Source: Candidatus Hydrogenedentota bacterium (lineage in GTDB: Bacteria; Hydrogenedentota; Hydrogenedentia; Hydrogenedentales; CAITNO01). From it: a stretch of 41,785 bases of DNA. The translations under genes were made by a program, and so were the position numbers. Shown here in pieces: positions 1 to 9,275 of this stretch. Where the stretch lies: assembly GCA_903822375.1 (NCBI GenBank), contig CAIJOU010000953.1, positions 1 to 41,785 on the forward strand, given 5' to 3'. A model generated the notes under the pieces. It was given only the letters and a program-made list of their open reading frames with translations, searched no databases and had not been told where the DNA came from. Position 1 is the stretch's first letter, and each line of letters begins with the position of its first letter.

Positions 1-247
1 TCGGCGATTAAGTGGGTGCCGATTCCCTGACCGTCCCATTGGGCGCTCTTGTGACCCGTGACACGGTGTACTTGTCCTTCCGGGGTGCTGATACCAGGAG
101 CAAGGCCTGCCAAGGGCGGTCCGATCATGGCTTCTTGGCCCGATTCAAGATTGGTTCCGACCACAAGATTCGAGGCTTGAACCTGCGGGCAGATCAGAAT
201 ATGCTGGAAAAGTAAATGGGAGTTGTGGTTCGCGCGCGTGAAACTGA

Positions 248-3136
248 ATGACGGTATCCATTAATCTTTCGGGCATGACTGGAGGAAGAACGGTGAAGTA
301 CAGACTTCAGGACCTGATTGACATAGAACAGTTGCAGGCGCTTCAAGACAGGCTCTACGAAGTCTATTCCTTTCCTTCGGCCATCATTGACACGGACGGC
401 AACATCCTCACAGCTACCGCGTGGCAGGATGTCTGCACAAAATTCCACCGACGACACAAAGAATGCGAACGGGAGTGCGTCAAGAGCAACCAGCATGTTA
501 TTGACGGCGCGGTGGCAGGGGAGTCCACCGTCAGCTACCGCTGCTCGCACGGGCTTTTCGACACGGCCACACCCATCAATGTAAACGGCACGCACCTCGG
601 CAATTTTTTCACCGGCCAATTCTTTCTGGAAGGTCCGGACTTGGAGTTCTTCCGGGCGCGGGCAAGGATATATGGCTTCGATGAGGATCTGTACCTTGAG
701 GCCGTCAAGAAGGTGCCAGTGCGGACCCAGGGCCAGTTGGACGGGTATCTCTGCTTCGTCAGGAGTTTAATTGAGGTTATCTCTGGAAATGGGCTGAAAA
801 GTCTCAGAGTGCTTGAGGCAAGGCAGGAGAGCGAGGAAAGCGATAGGCAATTCAAGGCCATGTTCGAAATGGCCTCCGTCGGCATGGCCCAGGCCGACCC
901 CCATACGGGACGGCTCCTGCGCGTAAACCAGAAGATGTGCGACATTACCGGCTACACCGCGAGGGAATTGCTTGCGTTACGCGTTCCGGAGGTTACCCAT
1001 CCGGAAGACCGCGAGCGGGACTGGGATGCATTCCAGCGTGTCATCCGCGGCGAAGCGCCGCATTACCGCATGGAAAAGCGTTACCTCCGCAAGGACGGCA
1101 CGACGATCTGGGTGAACGTGAACATGACGGTCATTCGCGAAGCTTCCGGGCAGGCCGTGCGCACCATGGCGACCATTGAGGACATTACCGAACGCAAACA
1201 GACAGAGGAGGCGCTGCGGGAAAGCGAGCAGAACTTCAGAACCCTGGCGGATTCCGGCCAGGCGCTCATCTGGACATCCGGAACGGACAAACTGTGCAAC
1301 TATTTCAACCGCGTCTGGCTTGCATTTACCGGGCGCAGCCTCGAACAGGAAATGGGGAACGGCTGGGCGGAGGGCGTGCATCCCGATGATTTCCAGCGTT
1401 GTCTGGACACTTATGTCGGGGCGTTTGAGCGGCGGGAGGAGTTTTGCATGGAGTACCGTCTGCGCCGGCACGACGGCGAATACCGCTGGCTGCTCGATGA
1501 GGGGGCCCCGCGCTGCAACAGCAAGGGGGAGTTCATAGGATATATCGGTCATTGCCTGGACATCACAGACCGCAAGCAGGCGGAGGAGGCGCTACGGGAG
1601 AGCGAGGCGGAGCTTGAACTCGCGCTGCGTTCGGCGCACATGGGCGCGTGGTACTGGGACATCCCTGCTGACCGGCGCAGCTTTGACGACCAGGTCTGCC
1701 ATTTGCTCGGATTGAACCCGGAAACATTTGGCGGAACGGCCGCCGAGTTTTTCGCCGCGGTGCATCCGGAGGACCATGAGAAACTTGCGGCGGCTTTGTC
1801 CCGGACCATCGCGCAGCACGTGCCGTATGCCCCGGAGTACCGCGCTGTATGGCCGGACGGAACCATCCACCATATCAGTGCCCGCGGCAGGCTGGTCCGT
1901 GACGAGGGCGGGCAACCGCAAAGGATTAGCGGAATCATTTGGGACATTACAGAGACGAAACGGGCCGAGGAGGAAAAGGCCAAGCTCGAAAACCAGCTTC
2001 AACAGGCCCAAAAGATGGAATCGGTGGGCCGGTTGGCGGGCGGCGTGGCGCATGACTTTAACAACATGCTGGCAGCCATCCTCGGGTACGCTGAAATCGC
2101 ACTGGGCCAGGTGGACCCGGCCCAGCCGCTCCATGAAGACCTTGTGGAAATCCGCAGGGCGGCGGAGCGTTCCGCCGAACTCACACGGCAACTGCTGACT
2201 TTCGCCCGCAAGCAGACCGTCGCACCCAGGGTGCTAGACCTGAATGACACCGTGTCCGGCATGCTCAAGATGCTGCAGCGGCTCATTGGCGAGGACATTC
2301 ATCTGGAGTGGCATCCCGCGGCGAATCTTTGGGCGGTCAAGGTGGACCCGTCCCAGATCGACCAGATTCTGGCAAACCTGTGCGTTAACGCCCGGGACGC
2401 CATTGCGGACGTGGGCAAGATCACTATCGAATCGCGAAACAAAATCTTTGACGAGGAATACTGCATCGATCACGGGGGCTTTGCGGTGGGAGAGTATGTG
2501 ATGCTGGCCGTCAGTGATGACGGCCGCGGCATGGACAAGGCGACCCTGGCCCACATTTTCGAGCCTTTCTTCACGACCAAGGGTGTCGGCGAGGGAACCG
2601 GTCTCGGCCTCGCCACGGTGTACGGCGCGGTCAGGCAAAACAACGGCTTTATCAACGTCTACAGTGAGCCCGGCGCCGGAACGACCTTCGCGGTCTATCT
2701 GCCCCGGCATGCGGATGAAGTCGAGCCGGCAAGGCCGCAAAGCGCCGCGGGACCGGCCCTGCGCGGGCAGGAGACGATCCTGCTGGCGGAGGACGAGCCG
2801 GCCGTGCTGAAACTGACCACCAAGTTGCTCGAGGCACAGGGCTACACCGTGCTTGTCGCCCACGGTCCGGTGGAAGCCATGCGCATTGCCCGGCAGTATT
2901 CCGGTGAGATCCGCCTGCTGATGACCGACGTGGTCATGCCCGAAATGAACGGCCGGGACCTGGCCAACAATATCTCAGCCCTTCATCCGCATCTCAAACG
3001 CCTGTTCATGTCCGGCTATACCGCCAACGTCATCGTCCACCACGGGGTGCTGGACGTGGGGGTGCAGTTCATCCAGAAGCCGTTTTCCGCAAGAGACCTG
3101 GCCGCCAAGGTGCGGGAGGTGCTGGACAGCGAATAG
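248..3136 (+). CDS. Hybrid sensor histidine kinase / response regulator (PocR-like sensor, 3x PAS/PAC, HisKA, HATPase_c, receiver)
   Basis: 962-aa ORF. PocR-like N-terminus (YEVYSFPSAIIDTDGNILTATAWQDVCTKFHRRHKECERECVKSN). Three PAS/PAC blocks separated by DIT(E/D)RKQxEEALRESE linkers. H-box HDFNNMLAAILGYAE, N-box LCVNARDA, G-boxes DDGRGM and GTGLGLA. C-terminal receiver (ILLAEDEP...LLMTDVVMPEMNG...QKPF). Start could also be ATG 275. Confidence 0.92.
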   Translation: MTVSINLSGMTGGRTVKYRLQDLIDIEQLQALQDRLYEVYSFPSAIIDTDGNILTATAWQDVCTKFHRRHKECERECVKSNQHVIDGAVAGESTVSYRCSHGLFDTATPINVNGTHLGNFFTGQFFLEGPDLEFFRARARIYGFDEDLYLEAVKKVPVRTQGQLDGYLCFVRSLIEVISGNGLKSLRVLEARQESEESDRQFKAMFEMASVGMAQADPHTGRLLRVNQKMCDITGYTARELLALRVPEVTHPEDRERDWDAFQRVIRGEAPHYRMEKRYLRKDGTTIWVNVNMTVIREASGQAVRTMATIEDITERKQTEEALRESEQNFRTLADSGQALIWTSGTDKLCNYFNRVWLAFTGRSLEQEMGNGWAEGVHPDDFQRCLDTYVGAFERREEFCMEYRLRRHDGEYRWLLDEGAPRCNSKGEFIGYIGHCLDITDRKQAEEALRESEAELELALRSAHMGAWYWDIPADRRSFDDQVCHLLGLNPETFGGTAAEFFAAVHPEDHEKLAAALSRTIAQHVPYAPEYRAVWPDGTIHHISARGRLVRDEGGQPQRISGIIWDITETKRAEEEKAKLENQLQQAQKMESVGRLAGGVAHDFNNMLAAILGYAEIALGQVDPAQPLHEDLVEIRRAAERSAELTRQLLTFARKQTVAPRVLDLNDTVSGMLKMLQRLIGEDIHLEWHPAANLWAVKVDPSQIDQILANLCVNARDAIADVGKITIESRNKIFDEEYCIDHGGFAVGEYVMLAVSDDGRGMDKATLAHIFEPFFTTKGVGEGTGLGLATVYGAVRQNNGFINVYSEPGAGTTFAVYLPRHADEVEPARPQSAAGPALRGQETILLAEDEPAVLKLTTKLLEAQGYTVLVAHGPVEAMRIARQYSGEIRLLMTDVVMPEMNGRDLANNISALHPHLKRLFMSGYTANVIVHHGVLDVGVQFIQKPFSARDLAAKVREVLDSE

Positions 3137-3257
3137 GGTTTTCCACTGAAGTTCCGCTTTCCGGCTCCCGGGAGATTCTTCTCTGGACGATTAAGACCGG
3201 GTGTGCTATTCTCTTAATGGGTTAGGTTGGATGGATTACCCGGAAGCAGAGGTGCCT

Positions 3258-4133
3258 ATGAACGCTTCAGTGTGCAAGGGGTATTTCGTGCGCAGTTGGT
3301 TCCTGTGCCCATTCCTGGTGTTGTTGATGTGCGGAACGGTGTGGTCCGCCGACCCCCTTCCGCAGGCCTCCGGCACTCCGGAGAACGCCAAGACGACAGT
3401 GGCGTCTTCAACAGAGAATTCCGGCGAAGCGGCGAAAGACGCCGGGGACGCCTGGGAGAACCGGTGGTTTCTCAAGTGGGGCCTGGCCAATGTGCACGCC
3501 GGGATCAAGGAATCGGAATCGCGAATCCATAATCAACTGAACGTTCCCTTTGGCCTGCTGATACCCGGCTGGGACCGGCCAAGAACGTTCAAAGACCTGA
3601 GCAACGATTTTGAACTTTACGACCTGCATTTGGCGCTGGGCCGCGACATCAATGCCAAGTGGTCCTGGTTTGTCGACGTTGGCGGGATCGTCGGCGACGT
3701 GATGAACAAGACCAACTATCCGCTGCCCCTGCCGCTGAATGTCAAAGTCGGATTCGGACGGAGAATCTGGTTTGCCGCCGCGGGCGTGGATTATTACCCG
3801 TGGGGCAAGCCGGTTCTGGAAAGGGACCCGACCCGAAGCGCGATCATGGACGCGCTGCGGTCCAGCAGACCGTTTATTGAGGGGGCTGTCGGCCATGTTG
3901 ATGCGCGCGAATCCGTGGCGGCCCGCCTGCAGATACAGCATCTTCCCCTGTCCCTGCAGGTGAAGGAGAAACTGTATCAACCCACGGACTACATCAGCCC
4001 GCGCATCGGCGTGGAAACGCCGATTGGAAAGAATGATTCGCTGATTCTGGCCGCGGGGTATCTGTTCTTCGATCACCATCCGTCGGAGATCAACAATCTG
4101 TCGATCTACGTGCTGCATTCCCACCGGTTCTAG
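3258..4133 (+). CDS. Hypothetical secreted protein, possible outer-membrane beta-barrel
   Basis: ATG 3258 is preceded by GAGGTG; the track ORF begins at GTG 3201. Signal-like hydrophobic N-terminus (FLCPFLVLLMCGTVWSA), alternating hydrophobic strands, C-terminus ...LHSHRF ending in Phe as in many OMP barrels. No catalytic motif recognised. Confidence 0.45.
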   Translation: MNASVCKGYFVRSWFLCPFLVLLMCGTVWSADPLPQASGTPENAKTTVASSTENSGEAAKDAGDAWENRWFLKWGLANVHAGIKESESRIHNQLNVPFGLLIPGWDRPRTFKDLSNDFELYDLHLALGRDINAKWSWFVDVGGIVGDVMNKTNYPLPLPLNVKVGFGRRIWFAAAGVDYYPWGKPVLERDPTRSAIMDALRSSRPFIEGAVGHVDARESVAARLQIQHLPLSLQVKEKLYQPTDYISPRIGVETPIGKNDSLILAAGYLFFDHHPSEINNLSIYVLHSHRF

Positions 4134-4308
4134 GAGCATTGCATCCCGGCCGGACGGGCCCCATCGCAGCCTGACCGCGGAGCGCCGCCAGGGTGGAGGC
4201 CGGAGAGTTTCCTCTTCCGAAGCGGTCCTCTTGCCGCTCCCCCTGGGCATGCTCCGGATGCCAACCAGGGGTTGCAGGCCGAAGGTCGCGGTGCAACAAT
4301 CTACTGCG

Positions 4309-4709
4309 CTAGGGAACCCTCACCACACGCAAGCCGATGCCGTGGGAAATGTGGTCCGGATCGCAGCCGTTGCGAAACGCAGACCGGCAGTACACCGCAT
4401 CGGTGGAGTACCATGCGCCCCCGCGCATTACCCGAAATGTGCCCATGGGCGACTCCCACGCACTGCCATCTGTCGTCGCCCCCGCATAGTCGTTATGGTA
4501 CCAGTCCTGGCAGAACTCCCAGACGTTTCCGTTCATGTCAAACAAGCCAAAGGCATTCGCCGTCTTCTCGCCCACCACATGCGCGTACTGGTCGCCGCCG
4601 CCTGCGTCAGGCCCGCCAAATTCGGCACGGAAGAACTCGACGGACATCCCGCGGTTACGAGACACGCCGCCAGCATTCCAATCCCCGCCAGCCATGACCG
4701 TCTATTCAT
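4309..4709 (-). pseudogene. Remnant of a PKD/FGE-sulfatase lipoprotein paralogue (signal peptide and C-terminal third only, in different frames)
   Basis: Frame A (ATG 4709) encodes MNRRSWLAGIGMLAACLVTAGC, homologous to the signal peptide MKRLPWLMGFGLLAMCLAATGC of the neighbouring full-length gene. Frame B (4695..4309) aligns only from YAHVVGEKTANAFGLFDMNGNVWEFCQDW to the C-terminus of that gene. The PKD domain and N-terminal two-thirds of the FGE domain are absent. Nucleotide homology to 4881-5157 stops near 4588. Confidence 0.5.
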
Positions 4710-4880
4710 GAAACACACTCCCCGGTCACACCGTATCGCATACGGCATGCGGTGCATATGCCCTTCGCGCCGACACTCGGACAATGGCAAACCCACTCAC
4801 CCGCCTGCAACCGGTTTGCAGCCTGGAACCGGCATCAACTTCAGACCGGACAAAGGGTCACAAGGCAACCATCCGAAGTG

Positions 4881-5951
4881 CTACGGAGTCCGCACAACGC
4901 GAAAACCGAACATGCCGCCCCCGATGTCTTGAAGGCAGCCGTTGCGCCGTGCCGACCGGCATTCCTTCGCGATACTCCCCCACATGCCACCCCGCAGCAC
5001 CCTGACCTGACCCGAAGGCGTCTCCCATGCGCTGCCATCTGTCGGTGCACCCACGTAATTGCCATGAAGCCAGTCTTGGCACCATTCCGATACGTTCCCG
5101 TTCATGTCGTACAAACTAAAAGCATTGGCGGTCTTCCCGCCCACCACATGCGCGTACGTATTGCCCGATAAATCGTCCACATACCAGGCGTAGTCTCCAA
5201 TAGCCGTATATCCCGAGTCGTTGCCCCAGTAGAAGCGGGATATCGTTCCTGCACGGCACGCATACTCCCACTGCGCCTCGGAGGGCAGGCGGAACGTCCT
5301 GCCGGTGTGGTCGTTCAACCCAGTCAAGAAGTCTTGCGCATCCTCCCAGGACACGTACACCGCCGGACTGTCCGGATCGTCAAGCCAATTGGATTGTCCA
5401 ATCCACGGCATAGTCGCCATCACCGCCTGCCACTGCCGCTTGGTCAACTCATTCTTGCCCATCCAGAACCCGGAGGCGAAGGTTACTGTATGTTGCGGCC
5501 CTTCATCGCTGTGCCCGTCCTTCTCGGTGTCCGGGCTGCCCATTGTGAACGCGCCGCCCGGAATCCACACCATCTCCAGCGGCACATCGCCGGGCAGCAT
5601 GATGGTTTCGACGGTGCCCGCATTGGGGATGCCCACGGTGATGAGGTTGAGTTTCAATGCCGTATCGCTTCCCGCCGAGGTGGTCACTTCCAGCGACACG
5701 TTGTACGTGCCCGGGTCGAGGTACACGTGGGCGGGATTCTGCTCCGCGCTCTCCGTGCCGTCGCCGAACAGCCAGTGCCATGCCTTGATGGACGAACCGC
5801 CCGGCGTTGATGTGTCCGTGAACTGCACCGGCGAAGGCGCGGTATCCGATGTCAGGCTGGCGCTGAAATCCGCCACAGGCGGCTTGCACCCCGTGGCCGC
5901 CAGACACATCGCCAGCAGTCCAAACCCCATCAGCCATGGAAGCCTTTTCAT
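4881..5951 (-). CDS. Secreted/lipoprotein PKD-domain + formylglycine-generating-enzyme (FGE-sulfatase/SUMF1-like) domain protein
   Basis: ATG at 5951 gives MKRLPWLMGFGLLAMCLAATGC, a lipobox-like signal. PKD-like block (FSASLTSDTAPSPVQFTDTS...WLFGDGTESAEQNPAHVYLDPGTYNVSLEVT). FGE-sulfatase block (MVWIPGGAFTMGSP...PQHTVTF...FWMGKNELTKRQW...YVSWEDAQDF...RLPSEAQWEYACRAG...GNVSEWCQDW...RVLRGGMW). The upstream 85 codons of the track ORF look non-coding. Confidence 0.85.
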   Translation of the reverse strand: MKRLPWLMGFGLLAMCLAATGCKPPVADFSASLTSDTAPSPVQFTDTSTPGGSSIKAWHWLFGDGTESAEQNPAHVYLDPGTYNVSLEVTTSAGSDTALKLNLITVGIPNAGTVETIMLPGDVPLEMVWIPGGAFTMGSPDTEKDGHSDEGPQHTVTFASGFWMGKNELTKRQWQAVMATMPWIGQSNWLDDPDSPAVYVSWEDAQDFLTGLNDHTGRTFRLPSEAQWEYACRAGTISRFYWGNDSGYTAIGDYAWYVDDLSGNTYAHVVGGKTANAFSLYDMNGNVSEWCQDWLHGNYVGAPTDGSAWETPSGQVRVLRGGMWGSIAKECRSARRNGCLQDIGGGMFGFRVVRTP

Positions 5952-6130
5952 GACCCGCACTCCTCTGTTGCACCGTTCCGCAGCACCCAAGTGGTGCGGG
6001 CACCTGCGCTCCGGTATCCGGCGGGGGGCAAACCCGCTCACCTGCCTGCGGATGATATTGAAGGTGAAAAGGCTGGGTGTCAAGCGTGGAAAGTTCGGTA
6101 TGGACCATGCCGTGACACAACATTCCCCTG

Positions 6131-6162
6131 CCGCCTCGCGGCGGTTTTCCCCCTTCGAAGGG
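6131..6162. repeat. Intergenic palindromic element, family 2 copy (hairpin CCGCC-TCGC-GGCGG followed by CCCTTCGAAGGG)
   Basis: Lies between two same-strand genes (stop 6213, start 5951). Shares the CCCTTCGAAGGG palindrome and an adjacent GC hairpin with the element at 15681-15779. Confidence 0.6.
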
Positions 6163-6212
6163 AGATTTGGGCCTGCCGCGACGGCCGGACTCCATGCGTT
6201 GTTCAAGGATGA

Positions 6213-7586
6213 CTAGGCGCCGAGCGCCTCTTCGGAGGCGGGCCGCATGCCGCACAGCGTCCAGGGGGTCTCGTAGAAGATATCGTGGGCGATGCCCGCG
6301 GCCGTGTCCACGTTGAACATGCCGCGCGCCACCTTTGCCGACAGGACCTCCGTGAGGAGCTGCCGCACCACCCGGCTCTTGGCATAGGTCCATTCGATGC
6401 AGTACGCGTCGGAAATGAAGCCCACCTGCTTGTTCGTCGGCAGCATGTCGATGCGCTCGTCCATGATCCGCGTCATGATGGACGGGAAGAAGTTGTGCCA
6501 CCAGTAGCCCGCCAGCGACAGGTTGGGCAGTTCGCGGCAGAGCGTGCACAGGGTCTGGTTGGCGTGGGCACTCGACACGTGGCACTGGAAGCGCACCCCC
6601 GGATGGCGGCCGATCATTTCCGCTAGCTGCGCAAGCGTGCGCTGTGAAATGCGGCTGGAGGTTTCAAAGGGCAGCGGCTCGGCGGCGGTGCTGAACTGGA
6701 ACAGAAGCGTGTCGCCGAAATGCCGCTCAAAGGAGGAGAGGAAGGCCTCATTGATGTAGGATGCGTAGACGTCGCGTTCGGCGGGACCGGCATGCCCGCG
6801 CCGGGCGAGGGCCGCATTCATCTCGGCATCCGTCACGGGCCGAAAATCCACGTCGGTCGAGATGTGCGTCGCGTTCGACGTGATCTGTCCGGCGGGGATG
6901 CGGCCGACGAACCATTCCACCGCCTCATGCACGTCGTCCAGGGTCCGAATGGTCCGGTCCGGAGTTGGGCGCGTGCCGCCGATGGGTGTCGGACTTTCGG
7001 GTTCGCGCCCCCAGCAGCGCTCCAGTTCGTACACGGCGGTGTCGTATTCGCCCCACTGGCAGCGCGAGAAGAAGGCCCATTCAAGGGAGTACTGGAGAAT
7101 CGCGTCATCGGGCCCGGTGCCGGTTTCATCGACCCCGCGTCGCGCCCACTCGGTGCACAGGCGTTTGATGTTGGCCCGGCGGATGACCTCGCGGTGCCAG
7201 GCCCGGTCATCGGCCCGTTCGCGGATGAGCCCGTCCAGCTTCCGCCAGTTGTCCGGCGTGATTTCTTCGTCCCACCCATACAGGTCGTGAAAGAGAAGGC
7301 GCATTGCCCAGGACATGCTCGTGTTCCGGACATGGCGAAGATAGGGAATGGCCTCCTGTATGCGGGCCTCGGCTTCTTCGGGGCTGGGCCAGTGTGGGTA
7401 TTCCGTGAGGCGTTTCCCGCTCGGGCAGCCGGCGGCGTAAAGATCGCTCACGGCCATGTGATAGAGCAGTATGTCGTGCAGGCCCCGCGCGCCCAGTCTT
7501 CCGCCCACCAAATGTGTGTGTGCGTCCAGAATCGGCGTTCCGGCAATGCGCGCGCCAAGCTCATCCTGAATTGCAGCGTGTCCCAT
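6213..7586 (-). CDS. Amidohydrolase-fold (metal-dependent TIM-barrel hydrolase / uronate-isomerase-like) protein
   Basis: ATG 7586 is preceded by GAGGAA; the track start at 7592 is TTG. N-terminal HxH metal motif in PILDAHTHLVGG. About 457 aa, with coding-like composition throughout. The exact family could not be determined by eye. Confidence 0.6.
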   Translation of the reverse strand: MGHAAIQDELGARIAGTPILDAHTHLVGGRLGARGLHDILLYHMAVSDLYAAGCPSGKRLTEYPHWPSPEEAEARIQEAIPYLRHVRNTSMSWAMRLLFHDLYGWDEEITPDNWRKLDGLIRERADDRAWHREVIRRANIKRLCTEWARRGVDETGTGPDDAILQYSLEWAFFSRCQWGEYDTAVYELERCWGREPESPTPIGGTRPTPDRTIRTLDDVHEAVEWFVGRIPAGQITSNATHISTDVDFRPVTDAEMNAALARRGHAGPAERDVYASYINEAFLSSFERHFGDTLLFQFSTAAEPLPFETSSRISQRTLAQLAEMIGRHPGVRFQCHVSSAHANQTLCTLCRELPNLSLAGYWWHNFFPSIMTRIMDERIDMLPTNKQVGFISDAYCIEWTYAKSRVVRQLLTEVLSAKVARGMFNVDTAAGIAHDIFYETPWTLCGMRPASEEALGA

Positions 7587-7893
7587 GCCCAATTCCTCAC
7601 TGGTTAAGTCCCTGTCACGTTCAAACTGCGGGGTCAGCTTATCTGCCGCGATGGCGGCGCATCAAGTTCGGTGTGGAAAAGATGAATACGGTCAGGCTGT
7701 ATTCTGCTCCTGGGCCGGAGAAATACCCATTCGCGGCCTTTGGCAGGGGTTCGCAATGAACCGTCCTGAAGGAACGCCGTTCCGGGAAAATCCCGGTGTT
7801 CTCAATCGGTTCCCGGTGCAATAATCATGAGCGGGTCGGGTGTTAAGTGACGACATGGAAGAAACTCTGTTGCATTGACCATGGAGAGACGGA

Positions 7894-9072
7894 ATGAAGG
7901 AAGTAGTGGCGGTATCCGGGGTGAGAACGGCGATTGGCACTTTTGGCGGGACCCTGCGGGACACCCCCGCCCCCGAACTGATGGGGCTTGTCATCAAGGA
8001 GGCGATACGCCGGGCTGGCGTTCCGCCCGAGGCGGTGGGCGAGGTCATCGTGGGCCAGTGCATGCAGCGCCTGGATGAGATAGTGACGGGCCGGCTTTCG
8101 GCGCTCAAGGCCGGACTGCCGATTACCGTGCCGGGCGTGACAATACACCGCAACTGCGCTTCGGCGATGCAGTCGCTGATCTACGGGGCGCAGCAGATCA
8201 TGCTGGGCGACCAGGAGATCGTGGTGGCCGGCGGGGTGGAGGTGATGAGCCGCACGCCGCACACGCTGGACCAGGCGCGCTGGGGCGGCAAGCTGCAGCA
8301 CGGGCTTCTGACCGACGGGATCCTGGTGGGGCTGACGGACCCGTCGTGCGGACTGATCATGGGCATCACGGCGGAGAATCTGGCGGAGAAATACAACATC
8401 TCCCGGGAGGAGCAGGACGAGATTGCCTGCCGCTCGCACAAAAACGCCGAGGCCGCGACCAACGCCGGCAAGTTTAAGGACGAGATACTTCCCGTCGAAA
8501 TCCCGCAGAAGAGGGGCGATCCCGTCGTGTTCGACAAGGACGAGCATTTCCGTCCCGGCACGACGCTGGCCCAACTCGCCAAGTTGAAACCGTCGTTCAA
8601 GCCGGACGGCACGGTGACGGCCGGCAACGCCGCCGGCATCAACGACGGTGCGGCGGCCATGGTTCTCATGAGCGCCGACAAGGCCCGGGAACTGGGCATC
8701 ACGCCGATCGCCAAACTGCGCGGCTACGGCCTGGCGGGGGTGGAGCCGGAGTTGATGGGATACGGACCGGTGCCGTCGACGAAGCAGGCCCTCGAACGCA
8801 CGGGTCTCAAGATGTCGGACATCGAGTTGATCGAGCTGAACGAGGCGTTCGCCGCGCAGTATCTCGCCTGCGAGAAGCTCATGGGCTTCAAGCGGGACAT
8901 TGCCAATGTGAACGGGTCCGGCATTGCCCTGGGCCATCCGGTGGGCTGCACGGGCGCGCGGATCATCATCACGCTGCTGAACGAGATGAGGCGCCGCGGC
9001 AACAGCCTCGGGCTCGCCACGCTGTGCGCCGGTGGCGGCATGGGCATGAGCACGATCTGGGAGATGAACTAG
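7894..9072 (+). CDS. Acetyl-CoA C-acetyltransferase (thiolase II family)
   Basis: 392 aa, RBS GGAGAG upstream. N-terminus MKEVVAVSGVRTAIGTFGG. Active-site Cys context HRNCASAMQS. C-terminal NGSGIALGHPVGCTGARI and LCAGGGMGMS motifs. Confidence 0.95.
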   Translation: MKEVVAVSGVRTAIGTFGGTLRDTPAPELMGLVIKEAIRRAGVPPEAVGEVIVGQCMQRLDEIVTGRLSALKAGLPITVPGVTIHRNCASAMQSLIYGAQQIMLGDQEIVVAGGVEVMSRTPHTLDQARWGGKLQHGLLTDGILVGLTDPSCGLIMGITAENLAEKYNISREEQDEIACRSHKNAEAATNAGKFKDEILPVEIPQKRGDPVVFDKDEHFRPGTTLAQLAKLKPSFKPDGTVTAGNAAGINDGAAAMVLMSADKARELGITPIAKLRGYGLAGVEPELMGYGPVPSTKQALERTGLKMSDIELIELNEAFAAQYLACEKLMGFKRDIANVNGSGIALGHPVGCTGARIIITLLNEMRRRGNSLGLATLCAGGGMGMSTIWEMN

Positions 9073-9073
9073 G

Positions 9074-9102
9074 TTTTCCTGCGGCCGGAGGCCGCAGGAA
9101 AA
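9074..9102 (+). terminator. Hairpin immediately after the thiolase stop codon
   Basis: TTTTCCTGCGGCC-GGAG-GCCGCAGGAAAA, a perfect 12-13 bp GC-rich stem starting 2 nt after the stop. No strong downstream T-tract on the plus strand, so intrinsic-terminator function is plausible but unproven. Confidence 0.55.
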
Positions 9103-9157
9103 GAATTCAGGAGACAGGAGTCAGAATCCAGAAGCAAGCACACTAGGAGTGTGCTTG
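9103..9157 (+). repeat. Post-stop module, family 3 copy 1: GAATTCAGGAGACAGGAG + purine-rich spacer + 10-bp hairpin
   Basis: GAATTCAGGAGACAGGAG at 9103-9120, then hairpin CAAGCACACT-AGG-AGTGTGCTTG at 9135-9157. The same layout recurs at 10000-10055. Confidence 0.5.
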
Positions 9158-9275
9158 TTGAGGAAGAGGGAAGAAGTGTCCACAGATTGCATCGACTGAC
9201 GCAGATTGAAGAGGCGGGCGGTGTCGGGGTAGGCTTTTCTTGGGCTTATGACAAGCTGTGAGAGGAGCGCCGGAT

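Noticed and set aside
12-215. 67-aa ORF at the left edge, and a possible gene end at nt 30 in frame 1
   Set aside because: The 67-aa ORF starts at GTG directly after an in-frame TAA and has no RBS or motif. The frame-1 fragment is only 9 codons, too little sequence to support any call.
4231-6585. Plus- and minus-strand ORFs of 139-360 aa overlapping the FGE-sulfatase genes and their flanks (for example 4231..4932, 5305..6216, 5503..6585)
   Set aside because: All are off-frame or antisense to the motif-bearing FGE frame, or they read through the palindromic intergenic element. None has a domain signature.
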